A stretch of DNA of 64,000 nucleotides from Octopus vulgaris (Eukaryota): contig OX597814.1 in NCBI GenBank assembly GCA_951406725.2, forward strand, positions 24,428,001 to 24,492,000. The letters are read 5' to 3'. Below, one piece after another: positions 52,411 through 64,000 of this stretch (positions are counted from its first letter, which is position 1; each line of letters begins with the position of its first letter). The translations under genes and the position numbers were made by a program. The notes beneath the pieces are model-generated. The model was not told the DNA's origin, did not search any database, and saw nothing but the letters and a program-made list of their open reading frames with translations.

Positions 52411-52901
52411 GTATTCACCCTGATGTCTTAGATGACATCTAAGATAAAGGTTAATTTAGGTGATATAGAGAGTGAGCGGAGATATAATTATCAACGTGTG
52501 AGTGAAATGTCAGTAAGTACGCTGAAATTTCTTTTGCATATAATTACTCTTTCACTCACAGCTTATCCACCATTTTCAATCATTCTATCTTAAACTTTTA
52601 TACTTAATCTATCTTTCATATTCTCTCTCTCTTCTCTTAGACTATATGTCTAGTTATATATTTATCTATCAATTTATCTATCTATTTTTCAATCTATTTC
52701 TTTTAAAAGATATTTAAATGTATCTTAATAATCACAGTTATAATGATGAGCAGTTGACACTCTTTCAATAAATGTAGTCTTCAAAAATATGATATAGGAA
52801 TGATCATCATCAATTCCATTTTATAACCAGATTTGTTTAATTCAAAGTCTTGTGTGTGTTCACATATATATATATATTTGTACATATGTAACATATGTAC
52901 A

Positions 52902-53460
52902 TACGAGGGTGAGTCAAAAAGTAATACCATTTTGTTTAGAACAGGTATATTTACCAACACAGGCCTGTATCATACATCAAAATGAAGCTGGTCCTCTGCA
53001 GATCACATCCCTACTACTCAACATAGTCACCATTTCTCTCAATAGCAATGTTCCATCGTCGAATGAGAGCATGCATTCCTGCCCTGAAAAATTCTGTTGA
53101 TTGTCCTTTGAGCCACTTCTTCACTACAGTTTTCACTTCCTCGTCACTGGAATAATGTTTGCCTCTCAAACCCTCTTTTGTGGCGCCGAAGAGATGATAT
53201 TCTGAAGGCACTAAATCTGGTAAGTGTGGAGGTAGTGAAGAAGTGGCTCAAAGAACAGTCAACAGAAATTTACGGGGCTGGGAATCATGCTCTCATTCGA
53301 AGGTAGAACATTGCTATTGAGAGAACAGTGACTATGTTGAGAAGTAGGGATGTGATCCACAGATGGCCAGCTTCATTTTGATGTATGATACATGTTCCTG
53401 TGTTGGTAATTATACTTGTCCTAAACAAAATTGCATTACTTTTTGACTCACCCTCGTGTA
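52902..53460. mobile_element. Palindromic mariner derivative made of two inverted 3' ends
   Basis: TACGAGGGTGAGTCAAAAAGTAAT and ATTACTTTTTGACTCACCCTCG form the ends; arms are about 230 bp. Minus-strand peptide PDLVPSEYHLFGATKEGLRGKHYSSDEEVK..RRWNIAIERNGDYVE. Confidence 0.9.
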
Positions 53461-53480
53461 TATATATATATATATATATA

Positions 53481-54120
53481 GCGTGGCTCTGTGGTAAGAA
53501 GCTTGCTTCCCAACCACATGGTTCTAGGTCCAGTTCCATTGCATGGCACCTCGGGCAAGTGACTTTTACAATTGCTTCGGGCTGACCAAAGACTTGTGAG
53601 AGGATTTGGTAGATGGAAGCTGAAAGAAGCCCATTGCATGTGTGTGTGTGTCTGTACGCATGAATGTATGTATGTATGTGTGTATCTGTGTTTGTCCCTC
53701 GCTTGACAACCTATGCTGGTGTCCCTGTAATGTAGCAGTTCAGTACAAGAGACTGTTAGAATAAATACTAGACTTACAAAGAATATGTCCTATGGTTGAT
53801 TTCTTCATCTAAAACCTTTTAAGGCAGTGCTTCAGCATGCCTGCAATTAAGTGACTGGAACAAATAAAAGAATGGTGCTATTGAGTTAGAGTTGGCCTGG
53901 GCCTATACTGGCCAAAACTTTGGCACGTAAAAAGCACCCACTACACTCACGGAGTGGTTGGCATTAGGAAGGGCATCCAGCTGTAGAAACACTGTAGAAA
54001 CACTGCCAGATCAGACTGGGCCTGGGGCAGCCTCCTGGCTTCCCAGACCCCAGTCGAACCGTCCAACCCATGCTAGCATGGAAAGCGGACGTTAAACGAC
54101 AATGATGATAATGATGATGA
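53481..54120 (+). mobile_element. Type B SINE (53481-53872) and RTE tail (53922-54120)
   Basis: Family motifs as above. Confidence 0.82.
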
Positions 54121-54517
54121 TAAAGATTGACTCTCCCATTGTTAGACAATGTAGGAGGGTTTGACAATTTCTTACTAACAACCACACAGATGATTTGTTT
54201 ACAGTGATCAAATGTTTGTAGTAATCAAATGATATACATATAAGGTCCAATCAAATGGTATCAGGATTGATACTATGATAACAGTAAAGTATGAAGAGTG
54301 AAGCTGCTTAGCACAGATTGACCTTGATCTCTGTCATGCAGGTACATTAAGTTATAATATTCTTGCTTACTTCTGGAAATAGAAGTAGAATGTGATCATC
54401 TCTGTAGAGTGTGGTCATCTCACCACATCACAGTAATTCTATCAGTGATCATGACAGAGAAAATGTGTGTGTGTGTGTGTGTGCATGGAAATAGTCATGG
54501 CTTGAAGGTTATTACAG

Positions 54518-54700
54518 TCAAAGTATTTCCAAAAATCAAATCCTACTTGAAAAGGACAAGATTTCAAGATGTCAAGAAAATTCAGGAGAATGCAAAGAGG
54601 CAGCTGTTTGCCATCCCCAAAAGAGCCCCAGGAATGCCTTTCTCAATGAAGACAACACTGGGTACTTCTTCAAGGGAACTACTTCAAAGAAGATTAAATG
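54518..54700 (+). mobile_element. Mariner transposase C-terminal remnant (second lineage)
   Basis: FPKIKSYLKRTRFQDVKKIQENAKRQLFAIPK..QGNYFK. Confidence 0.75.
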
Positions 54701-54799
54701 CTTAATTGATATGTATAATAGCTTTGTTTTTAGAGGACAAGTACTGATACACAAGATCTGAGCCATTGATGTGAAAATCCAGAAGATACTAACTGGCAC

Positions 54800-56320
54800 A
54801 CACAATTTCTACATCAATAGTGATGCAGACCTCTGCTACCTAAAATGAAAACAAGGGGGCAGAGGCTCAACATCAACCCAGACTGCTTTTGAATGTCATA
54901 TCATATCCATTTCGTAACATCTTTTAATCACCAAGTGTTGAAGCAATTCCCTTGACCATTTTGCATACATGTAGCTGATAACATCATGAAACTTGGAAAG
55001 CAGCTCCTTGAACAGCATTTCTTGTCTGATAACCTTAAGTATATGCCCAAACAACTCTACCACAATGTATCATCAGATGAAAGGATGAGCCTTTATGAGT
55101 AGAAGACCATGCATGCATATGTTAGTAGAAAGCTCCAGGATGATAGTAACGTTGATCATCAAAGTAGTATATCATGGACCAACTACCTCCCACTTTGAAG
55201 GTTATGTCTGCAATTCAAGAATAAGAAATATCAACCAAATACCTGATGCACAAAAGGAGCAGAGATGCAGGAAAAGTGGCAAAATGTGTTAACCGATGCA
55301 GATTTTGTGGAGTTAACACCGAAGATATCATCCATGTCATGAACAGTTATCCGAAAATGTTGTCACAGTATTATCTCTTGATAAGACATGATGTTGTAGC
55401 TAGAACACTGTATAATGAGATATACCCTAAGGATAAAGAAAGAAAAACTCACAGTATGGTAGAAACCATAACCACTCATAATAAAAAGGAGTACTGCCGG
55501 AATGTCCCAGTGAAAACCTTAGTAAAATGTAAACAGAGTAGACCTGATATAACAATTTGGGATAGAAAAGAGAAACTGTATACCTATTTCTTTATTACCC
55601 ACAAGGGGCTAAACACAGAGGGGACAAACAAGGACAGACATAGGTATTAAGTCGATTACATCGACCCCAGTGCGTAACTGGTACTTAATTTATCGACCCC
55701 GAAAGGATGAAAGGCAAAGTCGACCTCGGAGGAATTCGAACTCACAACGTAACGCAGACGAAATACCGCTAAGCATTTCGCCCGGCGTGCTAACGTTTCT
55801 GCCAGCTCGCCGCAGAGAAACTGTATACCGTTGTGGAAATCAGCTACCCAGTGGATATTAACTTAAAGCTAAAGAGCAGCAAAAAATGGAATATCTATGC
55901 TGAATTATTGAGAAATCTGCAGTTAGTCTATTTAGATTACAAGTTCAGGTTTATACCTATAGTTATCGGTGCACTGCGATATGTAACACACTGCCTAAAT
56001 ACCAATCTTGAAAAATTAGGCTTCTCAAAACCAGAAAGGAGAAAGCTGATTTGAAAACTACATATTCAAGCCATCACTGGAACTGTAATTCTGAAAAACT
56101 TACCAGAAGTTTATCATTTAAATATACATGAGCATATCTAGATATGCACCTATGTGCAGGAAAATACATGCATAAAACAAAACATGCAAATTTGCACATA
56201 TGCAGAAATACATACAAAAATACCCTGTTGTTGAAATTCTAATAAAAGAGCCTTGGATCTAGGTTAGAAACCAGCTCTTTCCTCATTGGCAAATAATCTT
56301 GAAATAAAACGGAATAATGC
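54800..56320 (+). mobile_element. R4/Dong-like RLE non-LTR retrotransposon, 3' part
   Basis: CRFCGVNTEDIIHV (CCHC-like), RHDVVA, RPDITIWD..VEISYP..K..Y..FIPIVIGAL (restriction-like endonuclease). Interrupted by a SINE. Confidence 0.85.
55585..55813 (-). mobile_element. Young type A SINE inserted in the RLE domain
   Basis: 16-bp TSD AGAGAAACTGTATACC at 55569 and 55814. Near-identical to 61500-61731. Confidence 0.93.
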
Positions 56321-57296
56321 CTTACATACATACATATGTATATGTATATATCAATATGTGTATGTTACACATACACCTTTTTCTCAATCATAAATAGTGA
56401 TACAAGATTTATACAGAGAGAGAACACAAGTAAATCTCTCAAAAACGAGCAATTATATCCTTAACAGATTGTAAAACTCTTTGTTATCTTGCTTCTTATT
56501 GTATAAGCATTAAAATATAAGTTAACCTAAGGCTGCAATTAATTAAGAAGCAAGCTCTATAAATTACAGAAATACGTTTATAACTAGCAGAGAAAATCAA
56601 TTGTCATAATATGTTTCTCTGTGTCTAACATGAATTTCAGATCAAAATATCACTCACTTCAAAATTTATTAGATGGTATAAGAAAATTTTAACCAAATAG
56701 TATATATAAGCTTGGATACATTTTTGTTGGGCTGGATAGGCTCAGAGGAACTAGAGTTCAATTAATATCTACTAAATCTGTTTTGGGTATTTGAAGTGTT
56801 CAGGGACAAATTTAAGGATTTCCTGCATTTTAATGTATATTTGTTGATTCTTTATAATCTTCTTTAAATATCTATTAACAACACCAGACATGTTCACCTT
56901 TCCTTTTAACATATTGTCTTAAGTCTCTGAAAACTCAATGAAATTTTTGGAATATAGGTTGGTGTTGAAGTTGTGTGCATGAATATCACCGAACTCATAA
57001 AAACATAAATTCGAAAAATCCATTTGTATTGATTCAAGATTGAAAAATAATATAGTTATGTTTTATTTGGCATTATAATAAACAGTTAATCACCATTATC
57101 ATTAGGTTAAATTTTCAACTTTTCTTGCACATTTTGGGTATTATAACCAAAAATTACTTATGGCTGAAATTGACTGAAATATATTTTTATTGTATATTTT
57201 TATGGAAATGTGTAGATTTGATAAATATTTGCAATTCAGAACATTAAATTCTGTTCACTTTAAATTAACTATTTCTATTTAGACATCACTATTAAC

Positions 57297-57418
57297 ATGT
57301 AACACACTGCCTAAATACCAATCTTGAAAAATTAGGCTTCTCAAAACCAGAAAGGAGAAAGCTGATTTGAAAACTACATATTCAAGCCATCACTGGAACT
57401 GTAATTCTGAAAAACTTA
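57297..57418 (+). repeat. 122-bp copy of 55981-56102
   Basis: Identical by eye; flanked by CACTATTAA at 57287 and 57420. Confidence 0.92.
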
Positions 57419-57428
57419 ACACTATTAA

Positions 57429-57591
57429 AGCGCAGGAGTGGCTGTGTGGTAAGTAGCTTGCTAACCAACCACATGGTTCCGGGTTCAGTCCCACTGCGTG
57501 GCATCTTGGGCAAGTGTCTTCTGCTATAGCCCCGGGCCGACCAATGCCTTGTGAGTGGATTTGGCAGACGGAAACTGAAAGAAGCCTGTCG

Positions 57592-57632
<41 letters not shown>

Positions 57633-57850
57633 TTGTATATCTGTGTTTGTCCACCTAGCATTACTTGACAACCGATGCTGGTGTGTTTACGTCCCCGTCA
57701 CTTAGCGGTTCGGCAAAAGAGACCGATAGAATAAGTACTGGGCTTACAAAGAATAAGTCCCGGGGTCGATTTGCTCGACTAAAGGCGGTGCTCCAGCATG
57801 GCCGCAGTCAAATGACTGAAACAAGTAAAAGAAAAGATCAAAGAAAAGAA
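57429..57850 (+). mobile_element. Type B SINE, full length
   Basis: GCGCAGGAGTGGCTGTGTGGTAAG..GACTGAAACAAGTAAAAGA. Confidence 0.92.
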
Positions 57851-58028
57851 AAAGAAAGAACATATGCATATATTCAAATTTAGCTGAGTATTTAAGATGA
57901 GAAATTTAAGATATATTAAGCACCATCAATAATAAAAATACCTATACAAATATGTATGTCTCTCTTTCTCTTTCTTTTCCTTTCTCACTGTATATACTTA
58001 TACAAACATATACATATAGAAATGTACA

Positions 58029-58303
58029 GAAGCACTCCATCGGTTATGACAATGAGGGTCCCAGCTGATACAATCAACAGAACAGCCTGCTCATGAGTAA
58101 CCCTAATGTAGTTCTCAGGGAGATTCAGTGTGACAAGGCTGGTCCTTTGAAATACAGGTACGACTCACTTTTGCCAGCTGGGTGGACTGGAGTAACGTGA
58201 AATAAAGTGTCTTGCTCAAGGACACAACGTGTCGCCGGGAATTGAACTCACGACCTTACAATTGTGTGCCAAATGCCCTAACCACTAAGACATGCTCCTT
58301 CAC
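58029..58303 (-). mobile_element. SINE with a D-type head and the tail seen at 43650-43830
   Basis: TSD AGAAATGTACA at 58018 and 58304. Confidence 0.85.
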
Positions 58304-58599
58304 AGAAATGTACATATATGCATACATATACACATATAACACTTTTGGTAACAGAGAGCAGTTGCCATTTTTTTAAACATGTATATATATATATATATGT
58401 ATATTTAATTTGATATTACTCTTTTTCCTTTAACACAAATCCGTTCTCATAAAAACAGAAACAAAAAGAAAATAAAAAGGAAGGAAAAGAAAATTAGAAT
58501 ATTAGTGATATTTGTTTTTTAATGATCCAGAGAGGCAAAAGCACAGTCAGTTATAGCAGAATTCAGAAACATGCAATATGAAACTAGTTATGATAAAAC

Positions 58600-58773
58600 C
58601 TTCACTAAAATAATCCATTGTCTTGGCCATTTCAATATTTCAATAGCTTCTTCGTGCAAAAAGAAAGCAAAATATGATTTCTGTGTTGCTACTGCCATTA
58701 ATGTCTGAGTTTTTATGTTCACTTTGGTGCCCTTAGCAATATAATACCAAGATATATCCACTTCTGCCACTCT
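58600..58773 (-). other. Candidate 174-nt coding exon (RVAEVDISWYYIAKG..KWPRQWIILVK)
   Basis: Acceptor TGATTTTTTTTAG, weak donor AAG|GTTTTA, a single open frame in phase 0-0, non-repetitive. No family recognised. Confidence 0.35.
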
Positions 58774-58999
58774 CTAAAAAAAATCAGATTAGTCTTAAAC
58801 TATCTAATTACCCATGATGCATTCAGCTTATGGGCACTTGATTATCATTTCATTTGAGTTGGCTATCTAATGGAAGCATGTCTGAATCAGTCTAAGCCAG
58901 CAAAGGATGTATCCATATGACTGGAGGCAGTCATTTTATATGTATCATTAGTTACTATCTGATGGATTAGCCACTCCAGCAAGCGTTTATTGTTCCGAG

Positions 59000-59037
<38 letters not shown>

Positions 59038-59509
59038 CATGCATGCATGCGCATAAACATATACATGTGTGTGTATATGTATATACATATATAAATATTA
59101 TATATACATATGTACATGTATATATGTATATGTACATATAGATATATATATATATACACACACAACACGCACATATGTATTTATAAATATGATTTATACA
59201 TATTTATTTATATAAATATATGTGCTTGTGTCAGATTAATGTGTAATTCTCCACCACGAAAATGTTACTGAGTATCAAAAATACATTTGTATAATTCATG
59301 ATACAAACAGTGTCTCATCAAATGATTCTGAGTATGCACATGACTATCTATATACACCTCTTACATGAGTGTACTTATAAACTTTTTTATGAATAAAGTT
59401 ATATATACCTATGCATATAAACTATTTTATGTGTATATGTGCGTATTACTTAGTATATTTGCCTTTGCTTATTATATATGTATTATATACGTAACTTATA
59501 ATATGTGGT

Positions 59510-59822
59510 CAGAGCATAGAACTTACGACCGTCAGGTTGTGAGTTCGATTCCCTGACCGGGCTGTGTGTTGTGTTCTTAAGCAAGACACTTTATTTCATG
59601 TTGCTCCAGTTCACTCAGCTGTAGAAATGAGTTGTGACATCACTGGTGCCAAGCTGTATCGGCTTTGCCTTTCCCTTGGATAACATCGGAGGCATAGAGA
59701 GGGGAAGCTGGTATGCATGGGTGATTGCTGGTCTTCCATAAACAACCTTGCCTGGACTTGTGCCTCAGAGAGTGACATTCTAGGTGCAATCTGATGGTCA
59801 TTCATGACCGAAGGGGGTCTCT
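59510..59822 (+). mobile_element. Type D SINE
   Basis: Homologous to 2013-2286. Confidence 0.85.
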
Positions 59823-60074
59823 GATACATAGATATGTGTGTATGTTGTGTGTTCTGTAGACACATGTATGATAAATAGTGTTAAGCAACAGAGAACTCAA
59901 CACAAAGACATAGAACTTAATAACTTTACATTTAAATCCTGGATTAACCTGAATATTATGCGGGGTGTACAAAATTTTAACTACTTCTATTCTCTTTCAG
60001 ATATATTCCTTAACATAAACATGGCAGATTCCATTAGACACTTGAAATAGAGAATCACACTATGCTACAGTTTC

Positions 60075-60640
60075 TGGACATACTTCACATCAACCCCAGC
60101 AGCTTCATGATGATTTTCACCAAAGCAGCTAAGATAGCAAAGTCCACTATTAGACATATGCACTATGCAACATGTAGTGCATCAGATATGACCTCAGATA
60201 CAAGTTTTATTTGATGTCAAGTGAGCAGTTCATATTTGGAAAGAGCAAGAAGTGCTATGTTATTCAGTTAAAGTGCTTTCTGAACATGCTCGAATACCTC
60301 AGACACCAATCATGATCTGGTTCTTCTCCAATATGAATTTTAACCAGGACTAGAGCTGAATAAAGAAAGCAAAGGTGGATATGTATGAATACAAAGAGGT
60401 AACGTTAATGGTGAAAACCAAGTATACATTGTCTTTGATGGCCCTGAGGTCAAGAGTAAGGAAAACCTTATGCTTATTTCATTTTAAACCACATGGCCTC
60501 TAGGTCAGTGCTGTGACAGCACCAAAATGCTAGATACAGTGGTCAAGCCTTGTTTGGAGAAAGTGGCCAAGGTAATTGTGAGCCCCTCATGATCAAGAAA
60601 GGAATAGTGATGATATTCATAATTATGTAACCATTATTGT
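60075..60640 (+). mobile_element. Degenerate Tc1/mariner-superfamily transposase (maT/DD37D-like)
   Basis: KSTIR..DLRYKFYLM..QF..MIWFFSN.NFNQD..PHGL..MLDTVVKPCLEKVA. Confidence 0.72.
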
Positions 60641-61310
60641 ATGGCCCCCTAGCTCTTCTATTTGAAACCATTGGATTGTTGGTGTACTCATGAGGCTAAG
60701 GATTCATTTCGTTTGCCATTGTGAGTGTGATATAAAGCATAGATTGGGGTTACCTGGTACTGGTTTGCAGTTAATAACGTGGTTTAATGAAAACCTAATG
60801 GATTTATTATCAGAGCCAAGGGCTGACTAGTGAAATGGTTTGTTTCATTGACACATATAGTTGAAAGTGTATGCCGCATTTCTAATAGCATTTCGTCTAA
60901 TTATTTTTTGTTGAAATTTATTTTGCTTTATTTGCCTTGCACAAGCTTTATTTCCACCACCATCACTACCGCCACCACCTTTATCACCACCACTACCATC
61001 ATCATTATCACCATTTGCAATATCTTTTCCATGCTGGCATTATTAGGACTGCTCAATGGGAACCAACAAGTCAGAGTATTTTGCCAAGCTCCAGTGTCCA
61101 CTCTGGCAGGGTTTATTCAGGTGGATGACTTTCCTAATGCCAAACACTTTACAGAGTATGTTGAGTACATTTTTGTGACATTGACACTGATGAGGTTACA
61201 AAGTACCTGTAGGACAATACCCTCCAACATAATATTGAATGAGGTGAAAGAAGGAAAGAGGGACAGAAACAGATGTTTTGCTGAAGAGGTGATACATGAA
61301 TTACCTGCTG

Positions 61311-61372
<62 letters not shown>

Positions 61373-61499
61373 TGTGTGAGTGAGAGAGTGAGTGAGAGAG
61401 AATGAATGAATGTGTGAGAGAGAATGATAGAGGGAAAAGAGAGATGGTGTGGGTGTACAAGGTACAAGGTGAATAAACGAGAGATAATAGGGGCAGATA

Positions 61500-61731
61500 A
61501 AGGCGGCGAGCTGGCAGAAACGTTAGCCCGCCGGGCGAAATGCTTAGCGGCATTTCGTCTGCGTTACGTTGTGAGTTCAAATTCCGCCGAGGTCGACTTT
61601 GCCTTTCATCCTTTCGGGGTCGATAAATTAAGTACCATTTACGCACTGGGGTCGATGTAATCGACTTAATACCTATGTCTGTCCTTGTTTGTCCCCTCTG
61701 TGTTTAGCCCCTTGTGGGTAATAAAGAAATA
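61500..61731 (+). mobile_element. Young type A SINE
   Basis: 16-bp TSD AGATAATAGGGGCAGA at 61482 and 61731. Confidence 0.93.
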
Positions 61732-62127
61732 GATAATAGGGGCAGAGGAACAAAATGAGTGGGTGGTAACTATGGTTCTTAGGAATGTAAAAAGTGTATG
61801 ATAGATGATTAGAGATGGGGATTAAATTGGACACACTGAATGGACGAAGTGAAGGAAATAGGAGTGGAACAGAGAGGTGGTGATAAGGGACAGTAATAAT
61901 AATAATAAAATGAGAAGCATAGTTGGATAAATAGTATCATTTAAAGCAAGTGTGTCAATGAGTGTGTGTGTGTGCATGTGTATAAAGAGCATGTGTATAA
62001 ATTTTCCATTCATCTATCATGATCTCGTTCAACTTTTTAAACTTATTTTCTGTAATGCCACGTACCCTTCTAATTATCATCCTGTATATATGCATGTGTG
62101 TGTGTATATATATACATCATCATCATC

Positions 62128-62523
62128 GTGTGGTAAGTAGCTTGCATACCAACCACATGGTTCCGGATTCAGTCCCACTGTGTGGCACCTTGGGCAAGTG
62201 TCTTCTACTATAGCCTCAGGCCGACCAAAGCCTTGTGAGTGGATTTGGTAGACAGAAACTGAAAGAAGCCTGTCGTATATATGTATATATATATGTATGT
62301 GTATATATATGTTTGTGTGCCTGTGTTTGTCCCTCTAGCATTGCTTGACAACTGATGCTGGTGTGTTTATGTCCCCGTAACTTAGCGTTTCGGCAAAAAA
62401 GACCGATAGAATGAGTACTGGGCTCACAAAGAATAAGTCCTGAGGTCGAGTTGCTCAACTAAAGGCGGTGCTCCAGCATGGCCGCAGTCAACTGACTGAA
62501 ACAAGTAAAAGAGTAAAAGAGAG
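62128..62523 (+). mobile_element. Type B SINE
   Basis: Homologous to 12023. Confidence 0.9.
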
Positions 62524-62583
62524 TATATATGTGTGTGTATATATACATGTATATATATGTGTGTGTGTCTATATATATATAGC

Positions 62584-62720
62584 AAAAACTGTCTGATGAA
62601 ACTCAGAGTAACAGATTTTGTTGAATTTTCTGCTGCTTAAAATAAAGCATATTACTCTACCACTGGTATTTGAGTACTCTTTTTTCCACCTTGTTTCACA
62701 TTTATGTGTTTACTCCGGTA
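62584..62720 (+). mobile_element. Penelope-pLTR-like fragment with a collapsed hammerhead
   Basis: aaaactgt-CTGAT-GAAA-ctc a gag-TA-acagatttt; lies between (TA)n runs. Confidence 0.55.
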
Positions 62721-63111
62721 TATATATATATATACTGGTAGAAAGTATGTATATATCTTATAAGTAGAATTAGGTGACTTGATATATATGTTTGTCATAT
62801 ATTTCAACTGCTAAAAGGCAAATACACTGCAGTTACTGTGAAAAAATAATCTCTCTTATGGTAAAAAGGTGTGAAAACACCTGGTTCATTCAGTGTTGCC
62901 ATCTATTAGGAATCCCAGACATCATTGTTTCGAGTTTTTTGACTCTTGTCAATGAGATGTACCTAAGAGAGGCAACTCTGAACAAACTTAATAAATCCGT
63001 AGCTTTATATATAATTCAGTCAACATGTTGTCTGATATGCACTAGTAAGATTGCCTGACCAAAGTAAAGAAGGAAGTGTCAGCGTGAAGCAGTGTGTAAG
63101 TATAAAACGAT

Positions 63112-63360
63112 AAACGTCGCCCCTTTTCAAGCCTAGCCAGGTTCATGGGCCTGGTTTCCTGGTTTCTGTGGCATATGTGTTTCCCTCAGTTGGATGGGAA
63201 ATCAGTTCATCACAGCGTCACTCAAGAAACAGGAAGAGAGAGTGAGAAAAAGTTGTGGCAGAAGTGTACAACAGGGGTCGCCACCCCCCACCCCTGCTGG
63301 AGCCTCATGGAGCTTTTAGGTGTTTTTGCTCAATAAACACACACAACGCCTGGTCTGGGA
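63112..63360 (-). mobile_element. Type C SINE, 5'-truncated
   Basis: Related to 40550-40856 and 43449. Confidence 0.75.
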
Positions 63361-64000
63361 TATATATATATATATATATATCCTGCTCATTACCTTGCAT
63401 TCAGCCTTGGGTAGAGAGCAAATAGAGAACAAATTTAGAGTGAATTGTAGGTATTTGACATCTACCTCTAGCAAATAGGCACTGACATTCAAGCACCCTT
63501 AATAATAATTATACTTTTATGATTATGCACTTCAGAATTAATTTTACCTATATGGTCTTTTTTTATACACTAGCCACTGATATAAACATTTTAATGATTA
63601 TATCCTCAATTTATAAGAACACACACATATATATATACATACACACACACACACATACAATAAGCACAGAGAAAGAGAGGGTGAGGGAGAGAGCAAGAGA
63701 GACATAGATTATTAAAAGGATTAATATTATTCAATAAAATTATTTTAAAATACAGAAATTATTTTTCATGAACTCAAAATATTGTAGAAGAGGAGGAACA
63801 TTATGAATAAAGAAGCACACACATATATGTAACCCTCACACATATTTACACACACTCAAAAGCATTATAATAATTATACAGACATTTAAAATTATAAAAT
63901 AAGAGAAAATATATATATTAGTTCCAATCAATAAATTCATCTAAATTTTTTCCTTGATTTCACTATAATTGAAATTTATTTGCTTCAAGTAATATACTGT

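Noticed and set aside
62792-63058. 88-aa Cys-rich ORF or candidate minus exon
   Set aside because: No coherent zinc-finger spacing, and the minus frames all contain stops.

Overview
AT-rich, microsatellite-dense eukaryotic DNA. The repeat content (tRNA-derived SINEs, RTE LINE tails ending in (GAT)n, very long (TA)n/(TG)n tracts) looks like an Octopus genome; this is inferred from recalled repeat families, not from a search. No confidently identifiable protein-coding gene is present. Almost all listed ORFs are microsatellite artefacts or transposon remnants. The window is a mosaic of decayed mobile elements: at least four tRNA-SINE types, RTE LINEs, an R4/Dong-like RLE LINE, Gypsy fragments, Penelope-like elements, several Tc1/mariner lineages, Helitron-like non-autonomous elements and MITEs. 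Three splice-site-bounded segments may be minus-strand exons. The most notable signals are: a set of type-I hammerhead-ribozyme motifs (one near-intact in a tandem repeat, one lacking stem II, one possibly in the 3' UTR of an RLE LINE), a Penelope endonuclease remnant with an inverted pLTR, several fold-back palindromes, a multimerised RTE 3' UTR with a ~62-bp array, a perfect local templated insertion, and modular SINE head/tail swapping. Element boundaries are approximate unless a target-site duplication (TSD) is given.
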